DNA of 33,000 nt from Glycera tridactyla (Eukaryota): assembly GCA_965644265.1 (NCBI GenBank), contig OZ286477.1, positions 35,681,001-35,714,000 on the forward strand, given 5' to 3'. The position numbers were made by a program, and so were the translations under genes. Positions 1 to 12,589 of this stretch are shown in pieces; position 1 is the stretch's first letter; each line of letters begins with the position of its first letter. The notes beneath the pieces were generated by a model. That model was given only the letters and a program-made list of their open reading frames with translations, did no database searches and was not told where the DNA came from.

Positions 1-199
1 CATCTTTTTCCGGATTGTGTGGTCTGGTATGCTGCAATGGGTGATTACTTGGTGCTGGGGAACTCTGTCCTAGATTCGAGGTATATTTCACCTTAGTTAT
101 CTGTCTTGTATATTTTTTTTTCTTGCATACTTAACTCCCAAAGTCACAGATGCTGGATGCTGATGTGTGTGACGATCTCCTTTGTCATTGGTCGTCTCC

Positions 200-541
200 T
201 GAAAATGGGGTCCGTCAATAGACAATAGGGTATTGCCCCATACATCACCATCCAATTAGCATCTGTAGCCTCTGGAAATTTTATCCTAAGCTATGACAAC
301 TGTTAAAGATTACTCTATTTAATTACCTAAATTTTGTTCGACTATTGCCGGGATGGTGGCGTATATGACGGCCAATGCATACGCTGGTCCTCTCCATAAA
401 ATGGGGTCTGCTAGAATAATTGAGAATGTCTGTCTTGTATGCTACCGTCGGGGTAAATGACCATTCAATAACCATCCAATCAAACCATTCAATAAGATCA
501 GCATAAATTATGATCGCTTCGATTCCTTGGATCTGATGCAA
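200..541 (-). pseudogene. Possible degenerate TIR domain (candidate C-terminal half of TLR remnant R1, separated by the LINE)
   Basis: Minus ORF 323-541 reads IEAIIIYADLIEWFDWMVIEW...SVCIGRHIRHHPG, then IFNSCHSLG*NF...W*C. This loosely follows the TIR order (YDAFISY..D..WV / LCIH.RDF.PG / I..S...NF..SEWC). The similarity is weak, and the region could instead be LINE 5' sequence. Confidence 0.3.
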
Positions 542-600
542 GGGAGGTGGGGTAGGGCTTGGGGAGTGGAAGGGGTAGGGAAGGGGCTGGGGAGGGGAGA
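541..600 (+). repeat. G-rich purine tract, G-quadruplex-capable
   Basis: Nine runs of 3-4 G within 60 nt (agggaggtggggtagggcttggggagtggaaggggtagggaaggggctggggagggg). Confidence 0.7.
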
Positions 601-3600
601 AATAAGAAGATCAAAGCTGTCCTTCACTCGATATACTGGACCCATTTACTCATATTATATCTGCTACTGTCCTATGGATGTAAAACTCTTTTCTTCTCAT
701 TGACAATATTATATTCGTCACATACGTCAAACGTTAGAGTGCATCATCACTTTAATCTGCCATGAACATTTGTATTAACTCATCTAAGGAACTAGCTGAT
801 TTATCTGGTATCAAGTATGCATATCTGAATGTCTGCAGTATAGTCCCTAAAATCGAAGACAAAAGAGTTTTCTTATTTCGTAGTGAAATAGACTTGTTAA
901 TCATTGGGGAGAGTTTCCTGAATACTTCTATATCCGACTATGAGATACAGATCGCTAATTATAATATGTACAGGTTTGAAAGGGATTTAGGACAGGGAAA
1001 ACGTGGGGGAGGCGGTCTACTTGCATATACTAGATTTGATAGAGATTTTGAATTTATCAATAATTGGTGACTTTGTACTGTAGATCTAGAATACGTGTGG
1101 CTAAAATTAAACCTCAAAGATACAAGACCAACATACATATGTGACTATTACCGTCCACCAGATGGAAATGTTATAAATGCCATTGATCCACTTGATAATA
1201 AGTACAAGGATGTTATACATTTAGGAAATCATGATGTATTTTTTCTAGGAGACACGAATATAGATTTGATATCTAAGAATAGACATCCTGAAAAATTGAG
1301 AAACTTTATGAAAGAAAATCAACTTACACAAGAAATATCAAATGCAACTCGTATCATGAGTAAATCGAAAACGTTAATAGATCATATTATCACACACAAC
1401 CGAGGACTGTATGCTCGGTCTGGTCAAAAAGATATTGGTGTCTCTGATCACTCCATGATATTCACGACTCGAAAGAAGGTCCGAACATCCAAAAGAAGTC
1501 ACTATATATATTTAAGAGATTATAAAAATGCAGACTTTGAGAAGATTGATGCCGAGTTTCAAATACTGAATGGGAATCCTTGAAAAATTTCGACGATATA
1601 GACTCTCTATTGAATGACTTCTATCTGAAACTTGGGCTGATCTTTGAATCACATATTCCTGTCAAAAGAGTGAAAGTTAGGGACGATGCACCAGCATGGA
1701 TGACTGGGGAGTATCATTGTATGGTTGACGAACATGAGAAGGTGAGCAAACAGAAAAGGCTGAATCCTACCCCAGAGATTTGCGTGAGGGAAAAGGAAAT
1801 CCAGAAAGAAACCAAAAATTTAAAATCCATCTACAGCGAAATTTTCTGAAAAGTAAGCTAAACGAAAGTCATAACGATCCTAAAACATTGTGGAAAACTA
1901 TGAGACAATTCTGGCCATCAAACAAGCAAAACTCATCGATTAATAAAATAAATTATAAAACTAATGATCTTGAAATGTCTGAAGAACTAAATCAATTTTT
2001 TGGTGACATTGGTACTTAACTATCTGAAACAATTGAGCCTGTAGACCTCGACCCCACTTTGCTTATTCGACAGAAATATAGCAATACCTTCTCACTGTCA
2101 GAAATCACCAAGGATGCTATCCAAGAAATTATTGATGATATAAACCCACATAAAGCCGGTATGGAAGATATCCTCTCTGGTAGATTTCTTGAGGGTATAT
2201 CAGCATCTATTTCCCAACCGCTGACCCATATTTTTTTAAAAAGTATACGCGAAGGAAAATTTCCTACAGCTTGGAAACAAGCTACGATCAAACCTTTGTT
2301 TAAAGAAGGACAAAAATCCAACCCTGCAAATTACCGCCCCAAAAGTCTGCTAATATCTGCCAGTAAACTACTAGAGAGGACAAAACAAAATCAAGTGTCT
2401 TCCTATTTTGAAAGAATGAGTCTACTGTGTCGAGAGCAATCAGGTTTCAGGATGTTTCACTCCACTGGGACTTGTTTGATAGATTTTCTAGATGGTGTAT
2501 ATCGAGGTATCGATGAAGGATCAACCAGTGGAGTGATCTTCCTGGACCTGAAAAAGGCTTTAGATACGGTGGACCATTCTATCTAGTTAAATAAATTGTC
2601 CGACTATGGGTTTGATGCACGATCTGTACAATGGTTCGCCAGCTATTCAAATGATCGTGTGTGTATGACACGAGTTAATGATGCTACTTCCAGTCGACTG
2701 CCAATTAAGTGTGGGGTACCACAGGGATCAATACTCGGCCCTAGTCTTCTTACAATATACATCAAGGACCTACCTACATTTCTGAATAACATCAAGACAA
2801 ATTTATATGCAGATGATACTGTCAAAGGTTATGATGCTAATGATCTAGAATCAAAATTAAATGAAAACCTTGCTGATGTTGCAGAATGGCTTGCAGCGAA
2901 CAAATTGTCACTCAATATAAAGAAGACGAAAGCAGTCATTTTTGGTACTTGCAATATGATGAAAAATTGTAGGAATTTGAATATCAAAATAAATGGAACT
3001 AGAATTGAAGTTGTAAATCAAAAAAATTATCTGGGCCTCATGCTTGATTCGCAGTTGACTTTCAATACTCACACTGAATATGTACGTGAAAAGACTATCG
3101 GCAAGATCGGGTTCCTTGGAAGATTAGGACCAATCTTTGATCAATCCATGACTATGATGTTATATAAGAGCCTGATCTTGCTGATTATCGATTATTGTGA
3201 TATTATATATTGTTGGGCTAGCCAAAAGAACTTACAAGACATACAAAGATTACAAAACCATGCCCTCAAGGTTGTCGCATGAAAACCTAAGCATACGAGC
3301 ACAATTGAAATTCACGAAGAATTGAATATGCCTCTACTAGAAAAACGTCAAGATCAGCACACTCTTCTACACACAAGTCGGATGCTAGATGAAAATTCGC
3401 CTGCCAAATTTAAAGAATCTTGCAAAATAGAAACCATCCAACACACTCATCAGACAAGATCAAGGGCAAAAACCCTGCTTGAAAAAGCTCGATACCAGAT
3501 CGAAAATGTGCAAAAATAATTTCCCAGTACGCGCAGCGAATATATGGGATAAGTACTGCGACGACTTTGAGGATTTTGAACTATTGCCTTACAATCAATT

Positions 3601-4075
3601 TGAAGACCATGTGAAACAATCTCTACATATACATCCGTCGGGCTGATGATAATTACAATGTTCTTGTTTATGTATGGTGGATATACTTTCTGATTAATTG
3701 TTATACACTGACCGAATACTGACAATACTGACAATATCACGACTCACTTATCAAAGAGAAACGTTATTTTACAGACATATGAATTTACCTGACTAAATAC
3801 GTCATAGTAGTAGACTCTATCATGATACCAACTTTTTTTCGATGAAAAGGCAATGAATCTTATAATTTCTACTATTGTTTATTTTATTATCGCATTTTCT
3901 TTCTTTTCACCTATTCTATTTTATTTTATTTTATCATACATACTTTATCAATCATATTGTGCGGATACTAATCAATTGCCTTTTTTACTAACGATTTACT
4001 GGAGATGGCTGCTCCCGGCAGTTAATTGTATTAATTGTTATAAAATAAAGGTATATCTATCTATCTTACTATCTA
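560..4075 (+). mobile_element. Non-LTR retrotransposon (LINE) of the CR1/L2 group, probably 5'-truncated, inactivated
   Basis: APE+RT ORF2 remnants, an AT-rich 3' UTR, a small stem-loop at ~4007-4023, AATAAA at ~4044-4049 and a (TATC)n-like tail at ~4053-4075. The 5' boundary is approximate and no TSD was found. Confidence 0.9.
762..3630 (+). pseudogene. LINE ORF2 pseudogene: apurinic-like endonuclease plus reverse transcriptase
   Basis: APE motifs LNVCS, IGESFL, GGGGLLAY, YYRPP, LGDTNID, TR..KTLIDHI and SDHSMIF. RT motifs NYRPKSL, QSGFR, FLDLKKALDTVDH, GVPQGSILGP, YADD and YLG. C-terminal LYKSLI..IIDYCDIIY. Broken by stops (1068, 2017, 2584, 3280) and frameshifts (~1580, ~1830, ~3500). Confidence 0.95.
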
Positions 4076-6300
4076 CCATGAATAGTGCTACTACAACTAC
4101 CACTACTACTACTACTACTACCACTACTATTACTCAAATTAGTAGTGATGATATCCAAGGCGGCTGTAGTTTTGCCACTGATGGATGCGGGTTGTACCTT
4201 CGGCGGGCCTGCATCCCCGCACTCAGCAAATATGCAGCGTGTACCTCGAGGTCGTGCCCTTCATCTCATCTGTGACGTATATGGAATACATGATCCTTAT
4301 GGCTTCATGACCTCATCACGCAGATAATGCCAAATCATGATCATTGTGAGTAAGTCTGCCGAAGCTTGGATCATACTTGACGCATCAAGCTGCGTTAAGC
4401 CTCCTGTGCAAGTCGAATAGAGGATGCTCTCAAGACAGGCATCCAGGAAAAAAAATTATCGTAATTGATATTTATCCAAATACGCCTTGAAGATAATGTT
4501 TAGAAATGCTCGCACTGATTCCGATTTTCGAAAATTTGTTCTGTCCCGTGATCTAGTGCACTAGTAGTCAAGAAGATGATAACCGCAAATAGACACTCTG
4601 GCCAATCGGAACAGGGAAACTAATTTCAACCTGTCGTGAGAACCATTAATTCTGTGTTATGAATATCCCACAGGTATATGAAGAGTTGTATGAAAATGCC
4701 TAGTCGTACTTGCATAGTATCATTCACTTGTGTTACAATGTTGAGATTGATTTGAATACTTATGAACATTTCCAAGATTGTGAATGTCACTGAATATGTC
4801 AATTTTTGCAGGCTACTGCATAGTACACCTTATCGCAACTTAAATCATGAAAATTTTATCCACAGTTTCAATCCTTCGAAGCTACCTGATAAGACGAAGA
4901 TGGGTCTGGTCGGATGAGTTCTTTTTGGTAAGCAGGACTATCAGTTCCAGGCATTCCTGATCAATTTTCGTGGTCATCTGATTCTTAGATTATTTGCAGA
5001 AAATTATTTTCAATGAGTCGGCTAGTTTTTGTTTCGATCATCAATAGAGTATCATAAACATGTATTGTGTGATTTATGATGAGGGAGCTTGAATGGATTA
5101 TTTCCCATGGCGATATTCGAGCTAGGGAGTTCTTCACACCTGCAGCACATATAGAAGTTGATGAGTGACAAATTCATCTCACAGGAGCCTATTGTTGAAG
5201 TACCTACGTCTGTGTCTGTTCTATCAGCCTTGGAAAGGTCGAAATGTGATAACAGGGTGAGAAGAATCGAATTGTCCTTCATCTTTAATCAAGGTAATGT
5301 TTTATCTGTGTCATAAAACGAGTTCGCGAAGAAAGAAAAAGTTGTACACGGAGGTAGTGTGCTGAAACCAGGGATATAATGAGCACACAGTTCCCGAATT
5401 CGCAAACACATCGGCATTTTTCCTAGCTCGCAAGAATATGAAGTGATGTTACAAATGAGTAAGCCATGGGAAATGGGTGGTCGTCACAATGATGTTCCTG
5501 GGAAAAGTGAGAATACTTACGGCTTTTAGGAAACCTACATATCAGCAGGGACCCGCTGTTGTATGGGCCTCGGAATGGTGGTGACAGGTGCAATAGCCCG
5601 GAATGCTCTGGCTCTCTGTCGTGATGCACTGTATGTATGTAAGAGATTCTGGCCATCTACCCAGGCTGACCTTTGCGAGGTGATGCATTTCATGAAGCAA
5701 GTTATCGGAATTATATAATGCAAGTAGAAATTCAATAATATCATACTGTTCGATTGGAATATGAACTATCGATTATAGTTAGATCGAAACTTATCTTCAA
5801 ATATGTGTGTGCGTGCAAAATCTCAGCGTGTGGGCCTGTTGAATGTTCTCAGTTCCATGCCAATAGCACCCATATTTCATTGATGGAAAAAGATTCAAAA
5901 AATCATCAGGGGGATGAGGATAAATCCTTATGTCACATATCTATCGCAGAAAGAGGCAGACTGCAGCCGGTCTAACATGTATTCATCAAGGCTGGGAGAC
6001 AGACAACTTTCCTGTGTCCCGGATTTTAAGACCTCCTAAAACCTTAGAAGCGATGAAAGCTGTCACTCGCGATCTCACAAAGAAAGAGACAGGAAGATAC
6101 AGAAAGTGGCAGATTGAAAACGATGTTACTGCCGGTCTGAGGCAAATTACGAATCACGTGGAATCGCTTTGGTGCAAAGCAGCATACAGAGAATACGCGG
6201 GGCCCAGGGGGAGTTTTGCTCATGGGATGAAAGACAACAAACCAAGTAAGCAACACGATCATCTCTTATCTAACTGCAATCTTCCGACTGCAATGTTTTG
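4075..6300 (-). pseudogene. TLR-like remnant R1: LRR ectodomain and possible TM
   Basis: Minus-strand LRR-like fragments across frames: EIASDSFH (~6050), AIDM*HKDLSSSP..FLNLFPS (~5880-5945), LSHFDLSKAD (~5230), IAMGNNPF (5091-5114), SGSFEGLKL (~4865-4890) and LQGVFG (~4480). Hydrophobic WISSLLI*VIVVVVVVVVVVVVALFMV at ~4075-4157. Confidence 0.55.
4087..4133 (+). repeat. (ACT)n microsatellite
   Basis: ctactacaactaccactactactactactactaccactactattact. Confidence 0.9.
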
Positions 6301-6644
6301 AGACGTTCAGTATAGCATATCTTCATGTTCACATGGCGACTGTTGTATGCGATTTCCCTTGAAACCATTTAATGTCAGATGCCGGTATGTGAATCGATGT
6401 GTACATTCATACGAGAGTGAGCAACATTTGACTTCACAAATAAAGGATGGTTGCTTGGTCGTGGTTCGACTTCACGTCAGAGGCACGAGTGCTAGATTGT
6501 GATGCGCATGCAATGGCCCATCCAAGACTGCATCTTCCCGGGCCCAAACATGAAATTCACGAACACTAAAAGTAACATTTCTGGTGGCAGATATAGGAGT
6601 ATGTCTGTGGACCCATTGTAACGGTATACACGCATTCTGGCCCT

Positions 6645-6680
6645 TATATTATATTGGCTGAGTATATTATATTGGCTGAG
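6645..6680 (+). repeat. 18-bp perfect tandem duplication
   Basis: tatattatattggctgag x2. Confidence 0.9.
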
Positions 6681-6799
6681 ACCAGTCAGCCTGTCAACAT
6701 GATACTTCCACAGCTGCTATCGCTATCATCGAGATGACTTGGCACTCAGAATGTCATCAGACCACCGCAAGATGGTAATGCAGGTGGCCGTGACATCAA

Positions 6800-9000
6800 C
6801 GTTCTGAATTCAATCCTCGATATATGATATGTCTGAACTCGTTTTAACCACTTGCCACACTCTCTGTGTATTTCCAGCCATCCGTGGGGCAGATGGAATC
6901 TGTCGATTTCGGTGAATGGCAAGGCACACGCCAGGGTAATTAAACCTGAGAGGCGTCTGCCATTCTGACACGAGGTCATTACTGGGGCGATGGTAATGGC
7001 TTCCTATTGTTCAGGCTGCAAGCACCTGCTCTTATGTACTAGCATAGCTGTTGACCATCACTTTGACTAAGGTTCATGTCAGCTGTGATGGTTTGATCAC
7101 TTTGGAGTTTGATCCCACTGAATATTAATGTTGACATGCCCTCCAAGAAATATGAATTGATGAGGGGTGATGGAGATCGATCTGAACATTAAAGAACATA
7201 AAAATGGCCATAAAAGATAATGAAGTCATGACCCTGGATAAAGATACAATATGTACTTGTGTATAAAATGGAGAAAAGAGAATGCTGATCAGATGAGACC
7301 TGGGCTAGGTATCCTACCGTGCGAATGTAGGATATCCTGATGTCTGAAGGCTCCTCACCTCTCCAGTATGTTCATGGTTGTGCTTTATGCTGTGACTACT
7401 GTGTATGTGTGGAATAAACATCGTATGGACTGGACATCACTCCGTTGGTCATCTTTCTGGCAATCATTGCTGCTCGATCACTGAGCAGAGAAACGATCCC
7501 GATCACTCATGATCGTAGACATCGCTATCTACAGGAGCAAAGCTATCGCCATTATAGCACTATCTCAACAGCTCATGAGATACGATCCATTCTCACGATC
7601 ATGTGAATTACATGTAACTAGTATCAACCATTTCGATAGAGAAAATGTAAATGTAAATGTGAACTACTATAGTCGGCGATCCTTTATCATCTCATCCGAC
7701 TCCAAAATCAGCTGTTCAAGTTTGAGCCTTTTCCATATCCTCATTGTGTATATAATCACGAACACAGTATTGTGCTCAGCACTCAACTTTTCCAGGTACC
7801 ACTGCCTGTTGCCACGTAACAATTAATACCTGGGTGAAGTGCAATAGCGAAGTACAGATGTTCCACTTAGTTACATCCACACAGAGTAGCCTTCTGTGTG
7901 CGGATTACAAATCGTGCAGATTTATACCATGGTGCAGGTATGGTATTGGAAGGTGGGATTTGCCAATTTCGATGACCAATCCGTTAAAAGCCCTTCACCC
8001 AACTCACCTTTCAATATGATACACTTTGCCATAGCACCATGTCTCTTTTGTGCTGGCACTCGGGATGAAATTTCTTGAAGTAAAATGTTATCACAAACAT
8101 GCAGATCATTGAGAAAGTTAAATGTGTTTCAAGATGTGTGTGATGTAATTCTACTAAATCAATGGCGAACCATCTGTTGAATACTTCACAGTTCTCAACT
8201 CAAGATTCATGATTGCCCGAGTATAACATTGGCCCCAGTGTTCCAAACTCACCATAATTTGGAGAAAAAAATATCACCTCTCTTTCATAGGTAGCCGATC
8301 CGTGTTGGTCATTGATGATTATACAGGTCAGAAATTCCATATCAGGGCAAGTGTCGGAAATGAATTGAAACATATCAATCTGCATTGAGACAATATCACA
8401 TATAATGGCAATCCATCACCTAAAGGGCAAGATGTTGATCCCCAATCATATGAGAATATTCAAGTTCCGCAACTCAGTCCGACTGCTTTTACCTGCATAC
8501 TTTGCCTGACTTCTATGATGTTCTGAAACTGGGCCCTGTCACCATGAAGTCACATACTATTTCAAATCTTTTGAATACACATTACCTCATTTCGGAATGA
8601 AGGACTCCAGTCTAAAGTGAGGTAAGCTATATTCATAACGAATCAACTGAAAAAAAAAACAATCTTCTTGCAATCATCCCAGAGAAGTGGACTTGAGAAA
8701 GATTGTGCTCATTGCATGAGATGGATGAGAAAAATGTCCCAAAGTTCGGCTGTCTTCATTATTTGAGGGAATCAATTCCATACTCGATAAACATCCTGGG
8801 TGAAGAGCGAGCGAACACAGTGTAAGAAACTTTAGCGCCTACCTGACTATTTCTCAAGCATCATAGAGAAGGCGAACTATGGCTGACGAAGTTTCCTGCT
8901 GAAAGCTCATCAGATTCCTGTTGTGCACACGCCCAGAACCAGTCCACCATCGGAAGCTTCAAGTTTGAACTGTACATTGCACATTGGCCTCCTATAGAGC
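6800..9000 (-). pseudogene. TLR-like remnant R2: LRRs, TM, TIR
   Basis: LRR fragments NYITHI (~8140) and VG*RAFNGL (7977-8003). TM AIMAIALLL*IAMSTIM/VIGIVSLL (~7483-7560). About 20 aa later, TIR box1-like PYDVY (7414-7428) and box2-like YCIFIQGHDFII (7216-7251). Boundaries approximate. Confidence 0.6.
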
Positions 9001-9149
9001 CATCTCTCACCTGTAATGGACACCTCCCTGTCACCATTAACTCATGCAGTTATATCTCTCAGATACTTGTTTATTGATAGGTAGTTCTTATGACCAACAC
9101 TGTTAATGTTTTTTTCTTCACTTGATTATATTTCTCCTGGCATCTTATT

Positions 9150-11950
9150 CAATATTCACGCAGAAAGAAGATCAACCATTTCAATATGGTGTTCGAATCG
9201 GGTTCGAATTTGGATGATCTGCCATATATATTCGACAGTTTTCAAGTCAACTTTCCGATGTTAGAGTCTCCTTGGTGAGAGTTCAATAATAAATTTGACT
9301 TGCCGAAAATTCAACTAAATATTATTCACTCCGAGAAAACTAAAGATAAATTTAATACCCTCCGAGAACCGCTTCAGAAAAAACACATCACTCCTATTAT
9401 GTCTTCGAATGGTGGATCTTACCCTCATTCTGCAGCAGTTCCTATAGGCTCAACGTGTTCAACCATCGCTTACAATGGAGCTATCAACCTGCTAGCTTTA
9501 ACCGCGAATCATCCTTCATGATTGCACTCAAAATATTGGGATAACTTGATCACATATTGCAAAAATAGATAACAGATATCAAATTTTTATTTTTTTATAC
9601 TCGCACCACAGGCGACTGACTATACCACCTGGGCTTTGGTCACTTTTCGAAATGATGAGATCAATCAAACATGTATTCCCATACATCCCTCAGTTTTTGT
9701 AGAATTCTACAAATTGACAATCACTTACACAAGAAACTGGAATATTTACACAGACAAATCCTCATCCAGTTCATCATTGATAGACTCGATCAGGCATATT
9801 CCGAGCCACATGTTCCTCCACTATAACTGAATTTTGAAATCGATACCTAGAGATGGCATTCGATAGATTGTTCTAGGTCGTACCAATTCAAGGTACTGAG
9901 ATTGCAACTTTATATTTGAGATGTGAAATAACACAAGTTGACAATATTGCAACAAATAATTCCCGAGATTGTACAATGTCTAAGTGATCTCTGAAAGTAG
10001 TATAAGTCACAAGCACCTGAATTGTTCGAGTGTCACCATGCTTCAAGCTTGAAGCACATCTCTCTCGAATTTCTCAGATTTTCGGGGCAGTTGATCGCGT
10101 CGCGGATATGGAACGTATTTGTTGATACCGGTCAAAGAATGGAGAAGTAGTTAGCCACCATCCTGCTTATGGCATCGAGTGCCAGGTAATCTCGCTGCAA
10201 GCGGCCACCAGACATGATCATCTCGCCTCAAATAGCCAAAGTGGTCCATTCGCTGAGACCATACATCTTGCAACATGGCGAATTGGAGAGATCCCTGCTG
10301 TTTGATATCTTGTTCACCCCAGATTGCCCCACCGATAGGCTGCTTGTAACGGTGGAAAAAACCCAGGCATTTTCAGGTTGTGTTGAAATTCCTATCTCGC
10401 TGATGTTCAAATTCGATTACAATTCACATGCTCAGATCTCTTCTGATTGAAGCTTTGATGGCACAACTGAATTGCACAGTACCCCCGGTGGACATCAAGG
10501 TTGTATGCTTCTGAATTTGACTTGTTGGCCTTGCTTTTTTCACTGAAACGACAAATGTGCAGACAATATTGGCCGTGTTTGCACCTGTAACCATAAAGCC
10601 ATTTCAGCTATGAAATCTGTTGAGAAATGGACACAGTTGACAAGCTGAAAGGAAAGGATAGGATGTGAAAATGGTACGAGTAATTAAACACAGCCATTTC
10701 TTTTCTATATTTTGAATCAGAGTCTGATCAATTGTGGAATTGCTATGTGCAGTTTCAGAATGTACAATAACGAGCCACGAATGACCTATCTATATCACCA
10801 GTAGATTGTGAAGAGGTTTTCCATATCAAATATTACTGATGATCCAAATTGAAATCTGTCTGCAAAAATGAAACGGTGCCACAGTAATTCCATGAGTATG
10901 GATAGTAACAAAAGGAAGTCACATTGACATCGACTGGGGCTGAGTGAACTTTGACACTAATGCCATGGTGATCAGTGAGAAATTAGCATGCGAGGGTGTA
11001 AGATCTGCACCTTTTCAGTCAACACCACTTCCCCGATTTTGACACCTGTGCTCGAATATTATTGAGAGGCATCCCGCTCCTCATTAGATTGCCAGACACT
11101 ATGGCAGGTGCCGTACCATAATTCAGGCGAAATATCCTCTTTTATGTCTTGCCGGAAGCTCAGGAAAAAGCAGCATACATCATGCTCGCATTACCAGGAG
11201 CTCTCAGATTCATCTCATCTCCCATCACCTGAGAGGTATTGAAAGCCTGCATATTCGAGCACTATGCTGCCATGTTGCATGCTTTCCAATCTTTAAGGCA
11301 GGATCTATTATACTTTCCCGCCCTCATAACGAGTATCAAGAAGAGGAGAGAGCTCACAATTATGGTCATCACGCGAATTTCTCGTGTTGAGGTATATTAA
11401 TGGACGTGCATACGAAGTGCAGTACATGCTACCAGCAGAGACTTTCCTTTAGAGGTGTATTACTTGAAAACCGGAGAGTAACCAGCTGGAACAACTCATT
11501 ATATCATAGGTAAATAGGAATATCAACTCAGTTAACTCATTATCGTCCTTTTGTTCAATTCAGGGTTTTCCTATACGAGAGAATATACACCATATAGCAC
11601 AAAAACATGTGATGAAGAAACAGTCATAGTGCGGATATGAAGACAAACACATTACTACCTGATTATATGCATTATGTATCACGGGATCTGTATGTCACGC
11701 TCATATTTATCATATGTGAACAGTGATATCGGGAAATCTGTATTTGACCCTGATACGATAGGTTCACATCATCACTGAGATGCCCAACAGCCAAGTATCT
11801 GCCGTGCGATGGGGCAGAAGCACATCTACAAAAGAGCGGCCCATGATGTTTGAAAATATTTTGCATCTCAGTTATCAGTTGACCATACACTTACACACAT
11901 TACCCGCAGATATACATTTACGAATATTTCAATTAATTGAATATATATAT
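9150..11950 (-). pseudogene. TLR-like remnant R3 with multiple-cysteine-cluster (Toll-type) layout
   Basis: LRR LFQLVTLRFSSN (~11460-11495). Internal LRRCT-like YPFLSACQLCPFL..NIVCT (~10555-10660) and LRRNT-like CPPGVLC..HVNCN (~10415-10490). LRR LNISEIGISTQPENAW. Second LRRCT DLSNSPCCKMYGLSEW (10246-10293)..CPENLRN (10069-10089). TM-like ISGIICCNIVNLCYF (~9925-9970). TIR fragments DELDEDLSV, IHHSKT and SE*YLVEFSA (9301-9330). Confidence 0.7.
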
Positions 11951-12045
11951 ATATCAGGAAGTCTGCTACTTGACCACGGAACGATTGGTTCACATCATTA
12001 TCAGGGATGCCAAATAGCTGCCCCGTCTTGGGGCTGAAACACATA

Positions 12046-12222
12046 CAGTCGAACCTGCTCTAAAGACCACTTCTCTATAAAGACCACCTCTTTATAAAGA
12101 CCACCTGAGCTGCGACCGTGGTAGTATTTCCAACAGTGGATGACCCCCATATAAAGACCACTTGGCCATAGAGACTGCTTTTTGATGCGACCGAAGGCGG
12201 TCTTCATCGACAGGTTCGACTG
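12046..12222. mobile_element. Tc1/mariner (pogo/Tigger-like) MITE, 177 bp
   Basis: TIR CAGTCGAACCTG at both ends, extended by an imperfect aagaccac/aagaccgc match. TA on both sides (12044-45, 12223-24). Four internal taaagaccac repeats. Confidence 0.9.
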
Positions 12223-12589
12223 TATAAAAAAAAGCTGCCCATGATATTAAGCATGAGATTCCTCTGCTGACTCTATTCTCTTTCGAGATATTATTCGACA
12301 CCTGCACATTACCTGCAGATAAACATCGACGAATATTCCCATAAATTGGATAAAATACGATTAGATGTGGTTTACATGTGACATGACCAAAAACTCTCTC
12401 ACATCATTGTTGAATTGGCATCTTCAGGCCAAATGTGCCGGCTGGCAGCACACCGTTTTACATGAGCGAATCTCTGCCTCATCACCACCCATGTGTGTGC
12501 GTCAGCCGACAAGTCACCTCCGAAGGCTCACTACCACTCTGACAATTACAGTTCCATATGTACTAGCTATAACCTACGTCTTACATGAG

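Noticed and set aside
3853-4327. Plus-strand ORFs with a hydrophobic N-terminus and poly-Thr/poly-Leu
   Set aside because: They span the T-rich LINE 3' UTR and the (ACT)n microsatellite, with no recognisable domain.
7950-8990. BTB-BACK-PHR pseudogene (CNVQFKLEASDGG; GQIP-like motif)
   Set aside because: It needs several ad hoc frameshifts and lacks the AHK/R motif. Neighbouring RAFNGL and NYITHI fragments and the downstream TM-TIR favour an LRR ectodomain.
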